In this document: piece after piece, positions 41,050 to 52,576 of the stretch
How positions within the stretch are numbered: the stretch's first letter is position 1
Layout: each line of letters starts with the position of its first letter
Assembly: GCF_018977255.1 (NCBI RefSeq)
Contig: NW_024704742.1
Span: 59,274,001-59,338,000 of the forward strand
Direction of reading: 5' to 3'
Source: Callorhinchus milii
Taxonomy: Eukaryota
Length of the DNA: 64,000 nt
Program-made: the position numbers and the translations under genes
Notes under the pieces: generated by a model
The model's input: only the letters and a program-made list of their open reading frames with translations
Databases searched by the model: none
What the model was told of the DNA's origin: nothing

Positions 41050-41545
41050 GGTGCGAATTTAGTACATCTATATTTTAAGGTTAGTTCCCTCTGAGTATGG
41101 AATTTTAATTGAAATAAACAATTTGTGTGGTTTCCACGCAATTTCAATTTGAAATGAATTTGTTTACCAATTTAACAGGTGATAGGTCCTGCTTGATGTC
41201 CTCATTTGCTTTTCTGTACCACAGCAATACCTTCAGCTGCAATGGAATTCTACTGTCCCCATCTATTTGTGTTATTGGGAGTCTGATGCTAAATAATTGA
41301 TTCAAAGACTTAGCCATTCTCTGGTTCTTCAGATTGTGAACCTCATTTGTAATTAACAACTCAAGTGAAAAATGATCACTTGGGCCACGGATGGTTAAGA
41401 CCTGGATACTGGTCTCTTCAGTTAAGAGCTACCTGCATAATGTAATTGAAGGATGGTAGGGTGCATATTCTGGAAGAATGAGATGTAATGGACCAAAGAA
41501 CCTTCTTCGTCCAAACCTCTTTTGTGATCATGTGAGACCAAGAGT
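41050..41545 (-). mobile_element. Ancient CR1-like endonuclease/linker fossil
   Basis: Manual translation ...GLDEEG...IQVLTIRGPSDHFSLEL...KVLLWYRKANEDIKQDL resembles the CR1 EN end (SDH) followed by the KVLNWRKANF linker. Confidence 0.5.
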
Positions 41546-42204
41546 TTCCTAAATTTGGATTGGAAGGAACACTTTTATAAAGTGGAATTTGTACAGCTAA
41601 ATAACCTATATTAGACCTGCCTACTAATTGCATAATACCAACATTTGAAAATCCTAAACGTACTAAATTGTTTTTACCTCCTCAGAATGCTGCATTAGCT
41701 GATGCATGCTTCTGATTTTGAGTTGAGAGTCAAACAAGTTCAGTCCAGAATCCAGAATTTCCATCTACTCTTAGTCCATAAGATCATTGTTTAAGTTCAC
41801 TGTATTCAAATTTAAGTTTGTAGAAAATTACAGTCTTAATTTTTAAGTCGGTTCTTCTTAAAAAATATAGTGAACTGGACTGAAAGTGGACAAGAGAAAC
41901 TGGAACAAGGAGTTAAGGGAGAGGTGGGAGCAAAATTGGGTAGCAATGACCTGTTTAAAAACACAAAGACTCATTATCTGCACTGTTTATCAGCATGGGG
42001 TTGTTACAATTGATCCAGATATGGAGCTCTTGACTAGACCTGCAAAATGATCAGAGATTCTTGGATGTGATAAGACGCTATAAAAATGCAATTTTTTCTC
42101 TCTCGTCAACAAACACATATAATAGCCAGGGTAAATGGAGCAAAGATCTCTATCTGAAAGTTCCAGTTGCTATGAAGAGGAGACAGGCATAACTAACCTA
42201 AGTC

Positions 42205-42575
42205 TAAATAATAATAATAATAAACCTTGCATTTGATATAACATCTTATCAAGTCATTGAGATGTCTCAAAGCGCTTCACAGAATATATTGTAAATTGGA
42301 TTGACTGTATTTTGTGAACGAAACGCAGCAGCCAATTGTCCAGAACAGTGTCCCGCAAACAATCGTGGATTTTGAGTGACCATATTCTTTTTTGAAGCAT
42401 TATTACCCCTGGAAAGCAATTCATCAATCGACTAACAACTGGGTTCCTACTTACTGCTAGCTAAACAGAGGTGTGCGGAGTAAGGAAACTTGCCTGAGGT
42501 TTCGCCCTGCCCGGAAATCGAGCCCAGGGCCTCTTGCTTGCGAGGCAAGCCCGCTAACCACTACCTACAGGACTA
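42205..42575 (-). mobile_element. tRNA-derived SINE, long variant
   Basis: Reverse complement of the 31555 copy. Confidence 0.9.
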
Positions 42576-43194
42576 AGTGATTCAGTTGCCTAAGTCGCTA
42601 GAAACATTGGTGTCAGATTTGTGTACCGTTTGATCAGAGCTCAATGTAATTTTAAATACTAATGGGGCATACGGACATCAGTTAGTAGGGAAAGATTAGA
42701 ACTGAAAGCACCAATTCCATTTGATGTACAGAACTCAATCTACTGCTCTGTATGAGCTCTGTAATGGAATAGAATGTCACCACATACTTTGACTCTACAA
42801 TTTAACTACAGCCATGTCACAGGGCCCTCAATTATATGATACTTGAAACAGCCTTTTGAAATTTCAGCTCTATAAATAGGATTTTACAACACCTGAGTTG
42901 TCTATAAACAGGTTAGAGTCAGAGTATTAGTTCAGCAGGTGGCACAATGCAATAACATAATAAAAATGTTCTGCTAATATTTTCTCAAGTGGCTTACGAG
43001 CTCATCAAACCCCCAAGATGCTGCACAGCTGTCACTCTCTCTGCCAACTGCACAAGCAGACGGTGAAAATTTTTAAAGTTGACATCTTTCTAACAAAGTG
43101 TTATTCATTCTTAACTTAATAGTAATATGCTTGGTGACACCTGTTATATTCAAGTCTAATTTTTTTTCTGCAACTTGACTTTACAAGGATTTTC

Positions 43195-43715
43195 GAAGAA
43201 TGTACAGCCCAGAAACAGTCCCAGCCAGTCGATGCTGATGTTTATACTCCACATGAGTCTCCACCAACTGCTTACTTTCTCCATACCCTTCTATTCCCCT
43301 CTCCCTCAGGTGAAGGTCTATACAAATTGATTGAACACCACTTCAGGCAGTGAGTTCCATAATCTCACTATACTCTGTGTGAAGTAATTCCTCCTAAAGT
43401 CACTTTTTGATCCTCTAGTCATTATCTGATACTTATGTCCCTTAGTTAAAGACTTCCCAACTACTTGGAAACAGCCTATTAAGCTAACTTTATCAAATCC
43501 TTTTAAAATTTTAAACACCTCTATTAGTTGGACTCAAATGTCTCTTCTCTAGCAAAAAAAGGGCGAACCTATCCTGATAGCAGTAACCTGCCATCCAATT
43601 TATCATCCTAGTAAACATATGGTGTACTCTTCCAGCTCTGCTATATTCTTCTTATAATGTGAAGACCAGAACTGGACACAATACTCATAATGTGGTGTAA
43701 CCAAAGTTGTGTACA
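43195..43715 (-). mobile_element. CR1 LINE 3' fragment
   Basis: ORF 43318-43518(-) FKILKGFDKV...TKGHKYQI...RRNYFTQSIVRLWNSLP is the canonical CR1 ORF2 C-terminus. Confidence 0.88.
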
Positions 43716-43852
43716 AATGTCTTTAATAGAAATGTGACTAATGTCTTTAATGGGAATTGGGGATTTTGGTAAGTGATTTGACTTGCTTGAGGGGCATTGG
43801 ATGCAGCCAGTTAAATACATCTAACAAGTCATTCATTTCATTTTTTTTAGTG

Positions 43853-43872
43853 CACACACACACACACACACA
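43853..43872. repeat. (CA)n microsatellite
   Basis: Direct reading. Confidence 0.9.
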
Positions 43873-43914
43873 AAACCCAGGAAAACATAAAATAATTCCT
43901 TTTAATTCCCTAAC

Positions 43915-44272
43915 AATGATAAAATAATCCTTACATTTCATAAAGTGCGTTCACATTGTCAAAATGTCTGTATATATACTGTAAAGTGTAGCGAATGTGC
44001 ATTTTTGTAAGTGAACATGGCAACAAACAAATAGCCATGCAGTGAATGATCAGTTTTATTTGTTGGCCAGGATATAGGGAGGGAAATAGTCTTCAATAGG
44101 CCCTTGAACAGGCAAACAGGGCCACGGTTTAAAAAATTTCTGAAGGCCAGTACGTCAAACAATGAAGCACACCTCCAGTACTGTAATGGAGAGTCAGCCT
44201 AAACGATGAGCCTGATATGAGGACTTCCATAACCTCCTCAGGGTTGAGAACACTACCAATTGAGCCATGTGG
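43915..44272 (-). mobile_element. Deu-domain SINE
   Basis: Reverse-complement Deu core; head ends CTACCAATTGAGCCA. Confidence 0.75.
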
Positions 44273-44549
44273 CAACCATAGATTTTGCTAATAAATACCT
44301 CAAAATAATTAATGTTATTTTTTAATCAGCCGAAAAATAGACTGAATTATCTCTCTTATTGCTGATTCCTGGTGAAGCTTGCTATATAGAAAGATGATTG
44401 CAAATATCATTCAACATTGGCATCAAGTTTATACATCCTATATACTGGTCTTCAATGTGTTAGATATTGATATCAACATTGATATTTTAGAAGCTTGATG
44501 TTAATATAACTTTACTTTGCAGATCATTTGATAGTTAAACTGATTTAAT

Positions 44550-45520
44550 ACAATGCCCAATAGTCTCCACTTTAGCACACTGGTGTCACAGCTAACTTGG
44601 AAGTAGTGTAGAGTGAGATTCTACAAACACCTCCCAGAAATGGTTATTAAAATTATCCATTATTTTACAGTCATTTTTCATAATGCTTTAAACTACCACA
44701 ATCTGAAATGGCTGGAGTATAATAATTAACAGTTTTTTTTTTGAAAAGTCTTGCTCCATTCATCACCAGTGAACAATTCTTCCTCACTCAAAGAGCAAAT
44801 TATATTTGGTTTAGAAAGTAAAAAATAGTTTTAGAACAAGGGCCATAGCCTAAATGATTGGGGTTGGTGTCATTGAGAAATTAGAATGAAAGCGATGACT
44901 TAATGCCTTATAGACTCTTCCCAGATATTGGATAGTTCTGGGAGTATTTTGACCCAGTAAGCAATTCCAGGGAACAAATAGTTTAATTTGTCAGTAGTGT
45001 CACGCCAATCCCTGTGAACCACCAACTAAAGAATGAAGAGGCTTCATTCGTGTAATTAAACATATAAAGATTGCACTCGTTTCAATGATGTGACTGCAAA
45101 TATTGTGCCAAATTTGCAGTATATCATGTTGGATGCTGTCAAGCTGATAGTGTTGTATGTTAAGATCTGGAAATTCTGATTCACAGAAATTCTTGATCAT
45201 CTTGTCTCTTTAATTCTGCAACTGAAAATAGAATATAGATAGTAAATGACTTCCAGGCTTTTTACTAGCTCTCTGATGCTTTGAAATATGTTAAAATAAG
45301 GGGTAGGTAGACCTTCTGGTCTTTGGTTCAATGATCCATAACATAGCAACTCGTGACTGGCCTCCTGTTTTTCTTTGTTGGTGGAGTTAAACAGGATCTC
45401 CTAGGAATTACACTGAACAGATCAGTCACTGAGAGCAGTGTTTCTTTTTACTCAGCTACTTTGAACTCTGCAAGCTAAACCTCTATTCTATAGTGTGCTC
45501 CTAGCTGGACAAGGAGCAGA
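44550..45520 (-). pseudogene. Decayed Pif1-like SF1B helicase fossil (probable Helitron-class transposon remnant)
   Basis: Ordered motifs on the minus strand: FLGDPV*L(P)P (45378-45407), KAWKSFTIYILFSVAELKRQDDQEFL (45184-45261), LELLTGSK..NIW (44921-44970), weak motif V (about 44555-44610). Confidence 0.6.
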
Positions 45521-46404
45521 AAACTTGCCAGACAGTGGTTTCAATGGCAAACTATGCAGTTTTAGCTGATTAAACTTCAACAGCATCACAATATATGCTC
45601 CGGTCCACAAGCCTCGTCTCTTGCCAACCTGCACCTAATATTCTCTGTGGTTAGGTAAGCATCATACATTCCTCCAGGGAGAGAGTATACATACAATTCC
45701 AAACATAGGGAGATTTCCACGTTTAGGTGGTATATATGAAACCATAGAAATTTACAGCACAGAAGAAGGTCATTGGACCATTGTATTTGTGCTGGCTCCC
45801 TCAAGAGCAATTTTTGCAGTCCAATTCACCTGCCCTCTATCCATACTGACTCTTCTTAAGGCATTTGTCTAGTTCCCTCTGCAAGTCCAATATGCATTCT
45901 GCCTCAACCACAGCTCCTGGCAGGGTATTCCATATCCGAACTACTCTGTGTGTGTACAAAAATACTCCTAATCCCATTTACTCATTTACTGTATTAAATT
46001 GATGCCATCTAGTTACTGACTCACCAACCAATAGAAATAAATTATCCATATTTATCCACAATTATCCACTCTGTCAAAACCATCATGATTTTGAAGACCT
46101 CCATCAGGTCATCCATCAACCTTCTTTGTTTGTTTCGACTATGAAACAAATTCCCTAATTCACTTTTATTTTCCTCTTCACATCTATTTGCATCCATTGG
46201 CTTTTAGAAGCCAAGCTTTGCATGACTACTTATTGATTTAGCTTGCACTCTCTCCTATGTTTATCACCTTCAAAGTGTCCTATAGGGTTTGACTCTACAC
46301 CGACTGTTTGCATTAGCGGGAATTTATTTCTTAAATTGTCAGGTAAGTGCTTGCCAGCAGTAAAAAGGAAAGTAAGGCTAAAGGGTAATATTAACAAAGG
46401 ATAT

Positions 46405-46755
46405 AGTACACTCATGTTCAAATCCCTTCACTCCCTGGCAACTCCCTACTTCTCCGACCTCTTCATTCCCCAAACCACCACCCGGCGCCTCCACTCGACT
46501 GGCAACGGCCTCCTGCTTGTCTTTCGCACCCTCCGCTCCACCATTGGAGGTTGCACTTTCAGCCATTATGCCCCGAAATTCTGGAACACTCTCCCTCAAT
46601 CTTAACCCCTCTCTCTCCTTTTTCAAGTCCCACCTGAATACTTTCCTTTTTGACTGTGATTACTGTCACCTCCCCTCCCCACCGGCTTCGTCAATGTTAA
46701 GCGCTCTGAAAAGCTACTGTGCGTGTAGAGCGCTATATAAGTGCAAGTTGTTGTA
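46405..46755 (+). mobile_element. Older L2 3' fragment
   Basis: FKSLHSLATPYFSDLF...TIGGCTFSHYAPKFWNTLP; tail GCGCTATATAAGTGCAAGTTGTTG. Confidence 0.8.
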
Positions 46756-46794
46756 GTGTATAGAGTATATAATTGTGTATATATATATATAGAC

Positions 46795-47122
46795 GTGGAG
46801 TCCTGTAGCTCAGTGGTTAGAGCACTCGCTTTGCAAGTGAGAGACCTGAGTTCAATTCCAGGCAGAGGGCGAAACCTTGGGCAAGTTTCCTTACTCCACA
46901 CGCCTAATAATAATCCCTCCAAAACCAAAACCAATAATAAATTGGTCATTTTCAATCTACGACTGTTTGTGGGACATTGCTGTGCGCAATTGGCTGCCGC
47001 GTTTGCCCACAAATATACAGTCAATTCGCTTTACAGTGTGTTCTGTGAAGCGCTTTGGGACGTCCTCCCGATGTGAAAAGCGCTATATCAAATGCAAGGA
47101 TTATTATTATTATTATTATTAT
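46795..47122 (+). mobile_element. tRNA-Ala-derived SINE, short variant, full length
   Basis: Head GTCCTGTAGCTCAGTGGTTAGAGC (A box)...GAGTTCAATTCC (B box); L2-like tail; (ATT)n end; TAGAC on both flanks (46790-46794 / 47123-47127). Confidence 0.93.
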
Positions 47123-48074
47123 TAGACATATCATTGTTGTGTATAGCATTGGACAAGATCACACATGGGATATTGTCTGCAACACTTGGTAATTGATCAT
47201 TGGAAAAATATTATTGCCTTTGAGCAATCAAGATTTTATTTATCAGGAATTTAAGTTGTGAGGAACAGTTGAGGAAGTTGCACACTCTCTTTGGAAAATA
47301 AACTTCAAGGTGACTGAATTGATGCTTGCAAGAGTTTATAATGCCAAAAAACATTGTGAAGATAGGAATATGAAAAGGTGTCAAACAAACTGTTTGACTG
47401 AAAGGTTATCAGATTTGTGAAAAAGAGGAAGGTAAATGCCATTGCATACATTCAAAGAGCTATAGATTTACTGATCCGTATGATCTTTTCCTGTTTCTAA
47501 AAAGTAAATATCCTTATATCATAAATAAGGATTGGAAGGTTTCTGTTCCTTTGGCATGATTCTAATTCAACTGTAGTGTTCTTGCAGCAATACATAACAA
47601 GACCTGCATTATAGAGGGGAAAAAATCCTCAAAACTGGTTTGTGAGGAGACCACCTGAGTAACAATCAATGACTGGTATCAGAAATATGCCACAAGGCTT
47701 TTTCTGTAATTCTATGTTGTGGTTGTCTTCCCCAAATTACATTTATTCAACAACGGTTGGAGTGCATTAAACATAAAAACTATGAAATACATAAAAGAGG
47801 TAAGTACTTCACAGTGAAATGATATCATCCAACATCATACTCTGTTCCTTTTTAAAATTTACATTACTTTAGCTGGCTGACTTTTAAGTCTGATAATCTA
47901 ATGGTAGGCTTGATTGGATCTGACATATTCCAGGTTAACTGGATAATTGTAAATCTTCCACATGCAAACATGGATAAAGGCAATGCTGATAAGTTATAGG
48001 ATTTTCACCTTTATTCATTTCCCTCTTTATCTCTATGCAACTTATTTTCTACATTATTAAATATACAGTATATC

Positions 48075-48462
48075 AATCAATTAATCCTTGCATTTGATAA
48101 AGCCACTTATCACATCATCAAAATTCATCAAGATTTACTGTCATATTTGGAGGCAAAAGAAGCAGTCAATTATGACTCACAAATATAGTCATGAAATGAA
48201 TGACAAATTTTATCTGGGGGATTGTTGGCCAAGACAATGGGAGAAATTCCCTTCACCTTTCATGTAATGCCACGGGATCTTTAACGTCAACCTGAACAGG
48301 CAAATTGGGCACCTCATGCAAAGGACAGCACCTATGACTATACAATTCTCCCCCAGCACTGCACTGGAGGGTCAGCCAAGATTTTGAGTCAAAGGCCAAA
48401 CATGAGGCTTGAAGCTTCAAACTTCTCAGAGGTGAGAGTGGTACCAACTGAGGCAAACTGAT
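48075..48462 (-). mobile_element. Deu-domain SINE
   Basis: GGGATCTTTAACGTCAACCTGAACAGGC; head CTCAGAGGTGAGAGTGGTACCAACTGAG. Confidence 0.82.
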
Positions 48463-49440
48463 AACAGGGATAGAAGAGGGGGAATGGGATAGAATTCAGC
48501 TTGTTTGTCTGACTTTCCTGTCATCTCCTTCTATGTAAAGCTTCACAAAACTTGTATTAAGACAGAATTTGTTTCAGTAACTATTTATTCAAATATGTTT
48601 CATTGAAATTAGGCTCAGATAGGTTTTATGTCACACCACAGTATATGAACAAAGACACTCACAGCATCAAAGTGACTGCTAATGTTATTTTTTGAAGATC
48701 CAAAATGCACTGCCTCACAATTCTTACAGTAACATTCCCATTGAATTGCAAGTCAACATTGTCAATTTACTTATAATATTTAGAAAGTACTAGAAGTTCA
48801 CAATGCTATTATTCTGTGAAAACTAATACCTGGAACTAGCTGGCAGTGTTAAATCCTTATTGGGGTTATGTTATTTCAGGCTATAATCTATCTTCTCACA
48901 CATGAACAATGTCCACTTGGTTGAGGTACTGAATTACCCTGGGGCTCCATGGGGTATACCAGTGCCTCAACAAGTGGAAACCAGACCAGGAACAACAGCC
49001 CAGCAAAAGGAGACCAGATTGAGAGCAGTGAAGGATATGTCCATGGGGAAAATTAAAAAAAAGTGTAAAATTCTCTGGCGCAATATTCCTTTGTGGGTGA
49101 TATTTCAAGTTTAGCAAACATGGACCATGCGGAGAGTTCTCACAAGGAGTTGTAAGACTGTCTCCGATGCTATCTACAGTGGTGTAGATACAATTAATGA
49201 ATGAATAATTAATTCCTGAACCGACAGGCTTTACTGACAAATGAATACCATTTAATTGCAATTTTGTGTTAACATTGTGATTTATAAAGATGAAAATATG
49301 TTGGATTAAACCAGTTGGAACAGCACACATTTATGTCTCATTTGGAAAAAGTCACTTATGTCCCATTTACTTTCAGGTTAAGTATTGCATCAATTTAAGT
49401 GCACTCTAAAGGAGAAGTGAATCAATGCCATCAGCTGCAG

Positions 49441-49922
49441 AACAAACAAAAGGCAAAGTACTGCAGATGCTGGAAATCTGGTATAAACACTTGTATTGAT
49501 TTATATTAAACCCCACCCTCTCCTCCTCATCCCCCAAGGCCTCCGCTCCACCTTCGGCGGCCATGCCTTTAGCCACTATGCCCCGAGGCTCTGGAATTCC
49601 CTTCTCATTCTCTTTGCCTCGGCCCCTCTCTTCCTATTTTCAGGTCACTGCTGAAGATCTTTCTCATTGACCGTGTCTTTGGTCACCTTCCTCCCCCTCC
49701 CCCTGGCTCAAAGCCGGGATCCGTTACTGTAAAGCGCTCTGAGACGCCGTCCGGCGTAGAGGGCGCTATATAAATCCAAGTTGTTGTTGTTCTTATAATC
49801 TGCTCCCTTCCGACATCCTCCAGTTCTGATGAAACGTCATAGATTTGAAATATTAGCACATTTTCTTCTCTCCATGGATGCTGCCTGACCTGCTGCATGT
49901 TTCAAGCGACTTCTGTGTTTAT
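49441..49922. mobile_element. Penelope-type remnant (two oppositely oriented pieces around an L2 insert) with degenerate hammerhead core
   Basis: 49445-49490 AAAGTACTGCAGATGCTGGAAATCTG; 49820-49920 CTGATGA...GAAA...GATGCTGCCTGACCTGCTG; flanked by AGCTGCAGAA direct repeats. Confidence 0.55.
49505..49792 (+). mobile_element. L2 3' fragment nested in a Penelope-type remnant
   Basis: CTCCGCTCCACCTTCGGCGGCCATGCCTTTAGCCACTATGCCCCGAGGCTCTGGAATTCC; tail GGGCGCTATATAAATCCAAGTTGTTG. Confidence 0.82.
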
Positions 49923-50329
49923 AGCTGCAGAATAAATCCTGTCATACTGATGCTGAATTCCAAACAAATTTTGAACTTATTAAAATGTGTTTGAAAATGT
50001 TGAGGTTATCTAATTTTGCTTATTTTTTAAACTTAAAAAGAGCCTGTTATACTTTTGATTCATTCACACCAAAACCTAGTATTAATAATCCTTGCATTTG
50101 ATATAGCCCCTTGCACATTGCAATCTTAATGCACATCACAGAACATACTGTAAAGTATTTTGTAGGCAAATTTTGAAGTTGTGTTTGCATTGAACACTCA
50201 TCAGCTGCCAATGACAGTAATTCACTGCAACAATATAAATCAGGAGTCTTTTCGATGTCGGAAGCTAAGTCAAGTCTCTGCAGTAATATAAAAGAACCAT
50301 TAACCAAAAATGACTTGGGTTATTGCTTA

Positions 50330-50700
50330 CTTTTACACTCCAATACAGTGCTGGAGGTGTGCCACATTGTTGGAGGGGCTGTCTTTCCCAGAAAATGTTA
50401 AACCAAGTTTCTGTCTGCCTATTCAGATGGATGTTAAAGATCCCATGGTACTATTTGAAAATAAAAGAGTTTCTCCCAAAGTCCTGGCCAATAATATCCC
50501 GAATAAAGTTGGTCATTCACTTGATAACTGTTTGTAGGATAGTGTTGTGTGCAAATTGATCACTACATTTGACTCCAAAATACTCAGTCAATACACTCCT
50601 CAGTAAAACATATGAGGCATCTTGAGACATCCTCCTGACATGATAAACACAATATCAAATGCAATGATTATTATTATTATTATATTATTATTATTATTAA
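50330..50700 (+). mobile_element. Deu-domain SINE
   Basis: ATGTTAAACCAAG..CTGTCTGCCTATTCAGATGGATGTTAAAGATCCCATGG; (ATT)n tail. Confidence 0.82.
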
Positions 50701-51307
50701 CAACTGGAGAGGGAATATATAGTATATTTTTAAGTGTAGAGGATTGTGTATATAAAGTGGAATCCTGATGCGACATGGTGTTTGGGATCCATAAAATCCA
50801 AAATTGCCCTAAAAGAGAGACTTGATAGCAAGTTTGACTGTGTATCCACACAGCTTGCTATCTGTGCACCAGCCAGTTCCCACACACAAAGAAAAAGAAG
50901 ACAACTTCTGAATCATTGTATTACTGCCAAATGTGGTGCAAAGCAGGAAGTTATGGCAACCTAATTCTGGAAGTCAGTCAATTTAACATGGAAAAGCCAG
51001 CCAGTGTGTGGAAAGAAAGCATGAGTAATAAATGTGTCCACAGTTTAACTGCCTGATAACCAAATTTGACCTACAATACTGTGCAGTATAATAAAAAACT
51101 CTCTTCTCTCTTTGAATAGTGCCATTGGATCTTCAGCCTCCAGCTGAATTGGCAGTTGGGACTTCGGTTTAGCATTTCATCAGAAGGGTGGTACCTTAAA
51201 CAATACAGCACACCGACAGCACTACATTGGATGTCAACATTGACTGTATGGGGTTTAAAGTCCCAACAAGGGGCACCTTCTGATTCAGAGGTGAGTGAGC
51301 CAGGCTG

Positions 51308-51628
51308 ATAATAATAATAATCCTTGCATTTGATATAGCGCTTTTCACGTCGGGAGGACGTCCCAAAGCGCTTCACAGAACACACTGTAAAGTGAATTGA
51401 CTGTATATTTGTGGGCGAACGCAGCAGCCAATTGCGCACAGCAATGTCCCACAAACAGTCGTAGATTGAAAATGACCAATTTAATTATTGTTTTTAGTTT
51501 TGGAGGGATTATTATTCGGCTCTGTGTGGAGTAAGGAAACTTGCCCAAGGTTTTGCCCTGCCTAGAATTGAACTCAGGTCTCTCACTTGCAAAGCAAGTG
51601 CTCTAACCACTGAGCTACAGGACTCCAC
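51308..51628 (-). mobile_element. tRNA-Ala-derived SINE, short variant
   Basis: Near-identical reverse complement of 46795-47122. Confidence 0.93.
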
Positions 51629-51849
51629 GACCAATTAATCTAAGGTGTGTTGGCCAAGACACTTCCTTCACTTTTTGAATTGTTTTGTGGCATATTTAGT
51701 GCACACCTGAATAGGCAAGACCTTAAAGTCTCATCCGAAAGACAGCACCCCTATACATCAATACAATCCAATACGTTGTATTGATATACAGCCTATCTAT
51801 GAGCTTAATGTAGGATTTGAACCTACCACCATTGATTCAGTGGTGACGA

Positions 51850-52165
51850 TAAATAATAAATAATACTTGCATTTGATATAGCACTTTTCCGTCTTCTGGA
51901 CATCTCAAAGGGTTTCACAGAATATACTCTCAAGTGAATTGACTGTATATTTGTGGGTGAAACACGGTAGCCAATTGCGCACAGCAGTGTCCCACAAACA
52001 GTCGTGGATTAAAGGGACCAATTTTATTATATATTTTTTTCTTGAGAGATTATTATCAGGCATTTGGAGTAAGGAAAGTTGCCCAAGGTTTTGCCCTGTC
52101 GGGAATCAAACCCAGGTCTCTCGCTTACAAGGCGAGTGCTCTAATCACTGAGCTACAGGATTCCT
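51850..52165 (-). mobile_element. tRNA-Ala-derived SINE, short variant, nested in a Deu-SINE head
   Basis: Family consensus; the host Deu-SINE head resumes at 52166 (GGTACCAACTGAGCCAAGCTG). Confidence 0.88.
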
Positions 52166-52576
52166 GGATGGTACCAACTGAGCCAAGCTGAGAGTTCCTG
52201 GTAAGGGAATAATGTAAGACTGAATGTAAAATTAATTCTCTGTAAATCTTTTTGCAGTGCTAAAGCATCTTAACATTAGAAATCCAAATAAGCTTTGTGA
52301 TGAATGATTGAAGCAGTATTTTAATGATGCAATTGCCTATGAGTTTTAACTTGAATTTCAACATAGAGAATATCCACTGTGACAGCTAAATATCTATAGG
52401 GACAAATGAGAATTGAGCTCATTCTTTGAGCTTTTAATACTTCTGTATATTGAATCTAACGAACGTATCCTACATTTACTTAAAGAATTATTAATATTAC
52501 ACTTGTGGTAAAAATACAATATTCAATATTGAGATGTTGAACACAGAAATCATCCCTTGTCATCCCCACAGAAATC

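Noticed and set aside
45000..45222. Host exon after TATTTTCAG acceptor / 66-aa ORF
   Set aside because: Early stops in all frames after the acceptor; better explained as part of the helicase fossil.
46795..46870. tRNA-Ala gene (and similar heads at 15755, 21999, 31555, 42500, 51555)
   Set aside because: A/B boxes are present, but each head runs directly into the SINE body and tail and lacks a proper acceptor stem; these are SINE heads.
48896..49330. 144-aa minus and 70-aa plus ORFs as a gene
   Set aside because: No recognisable domain or splice structure; length compatible with chance.
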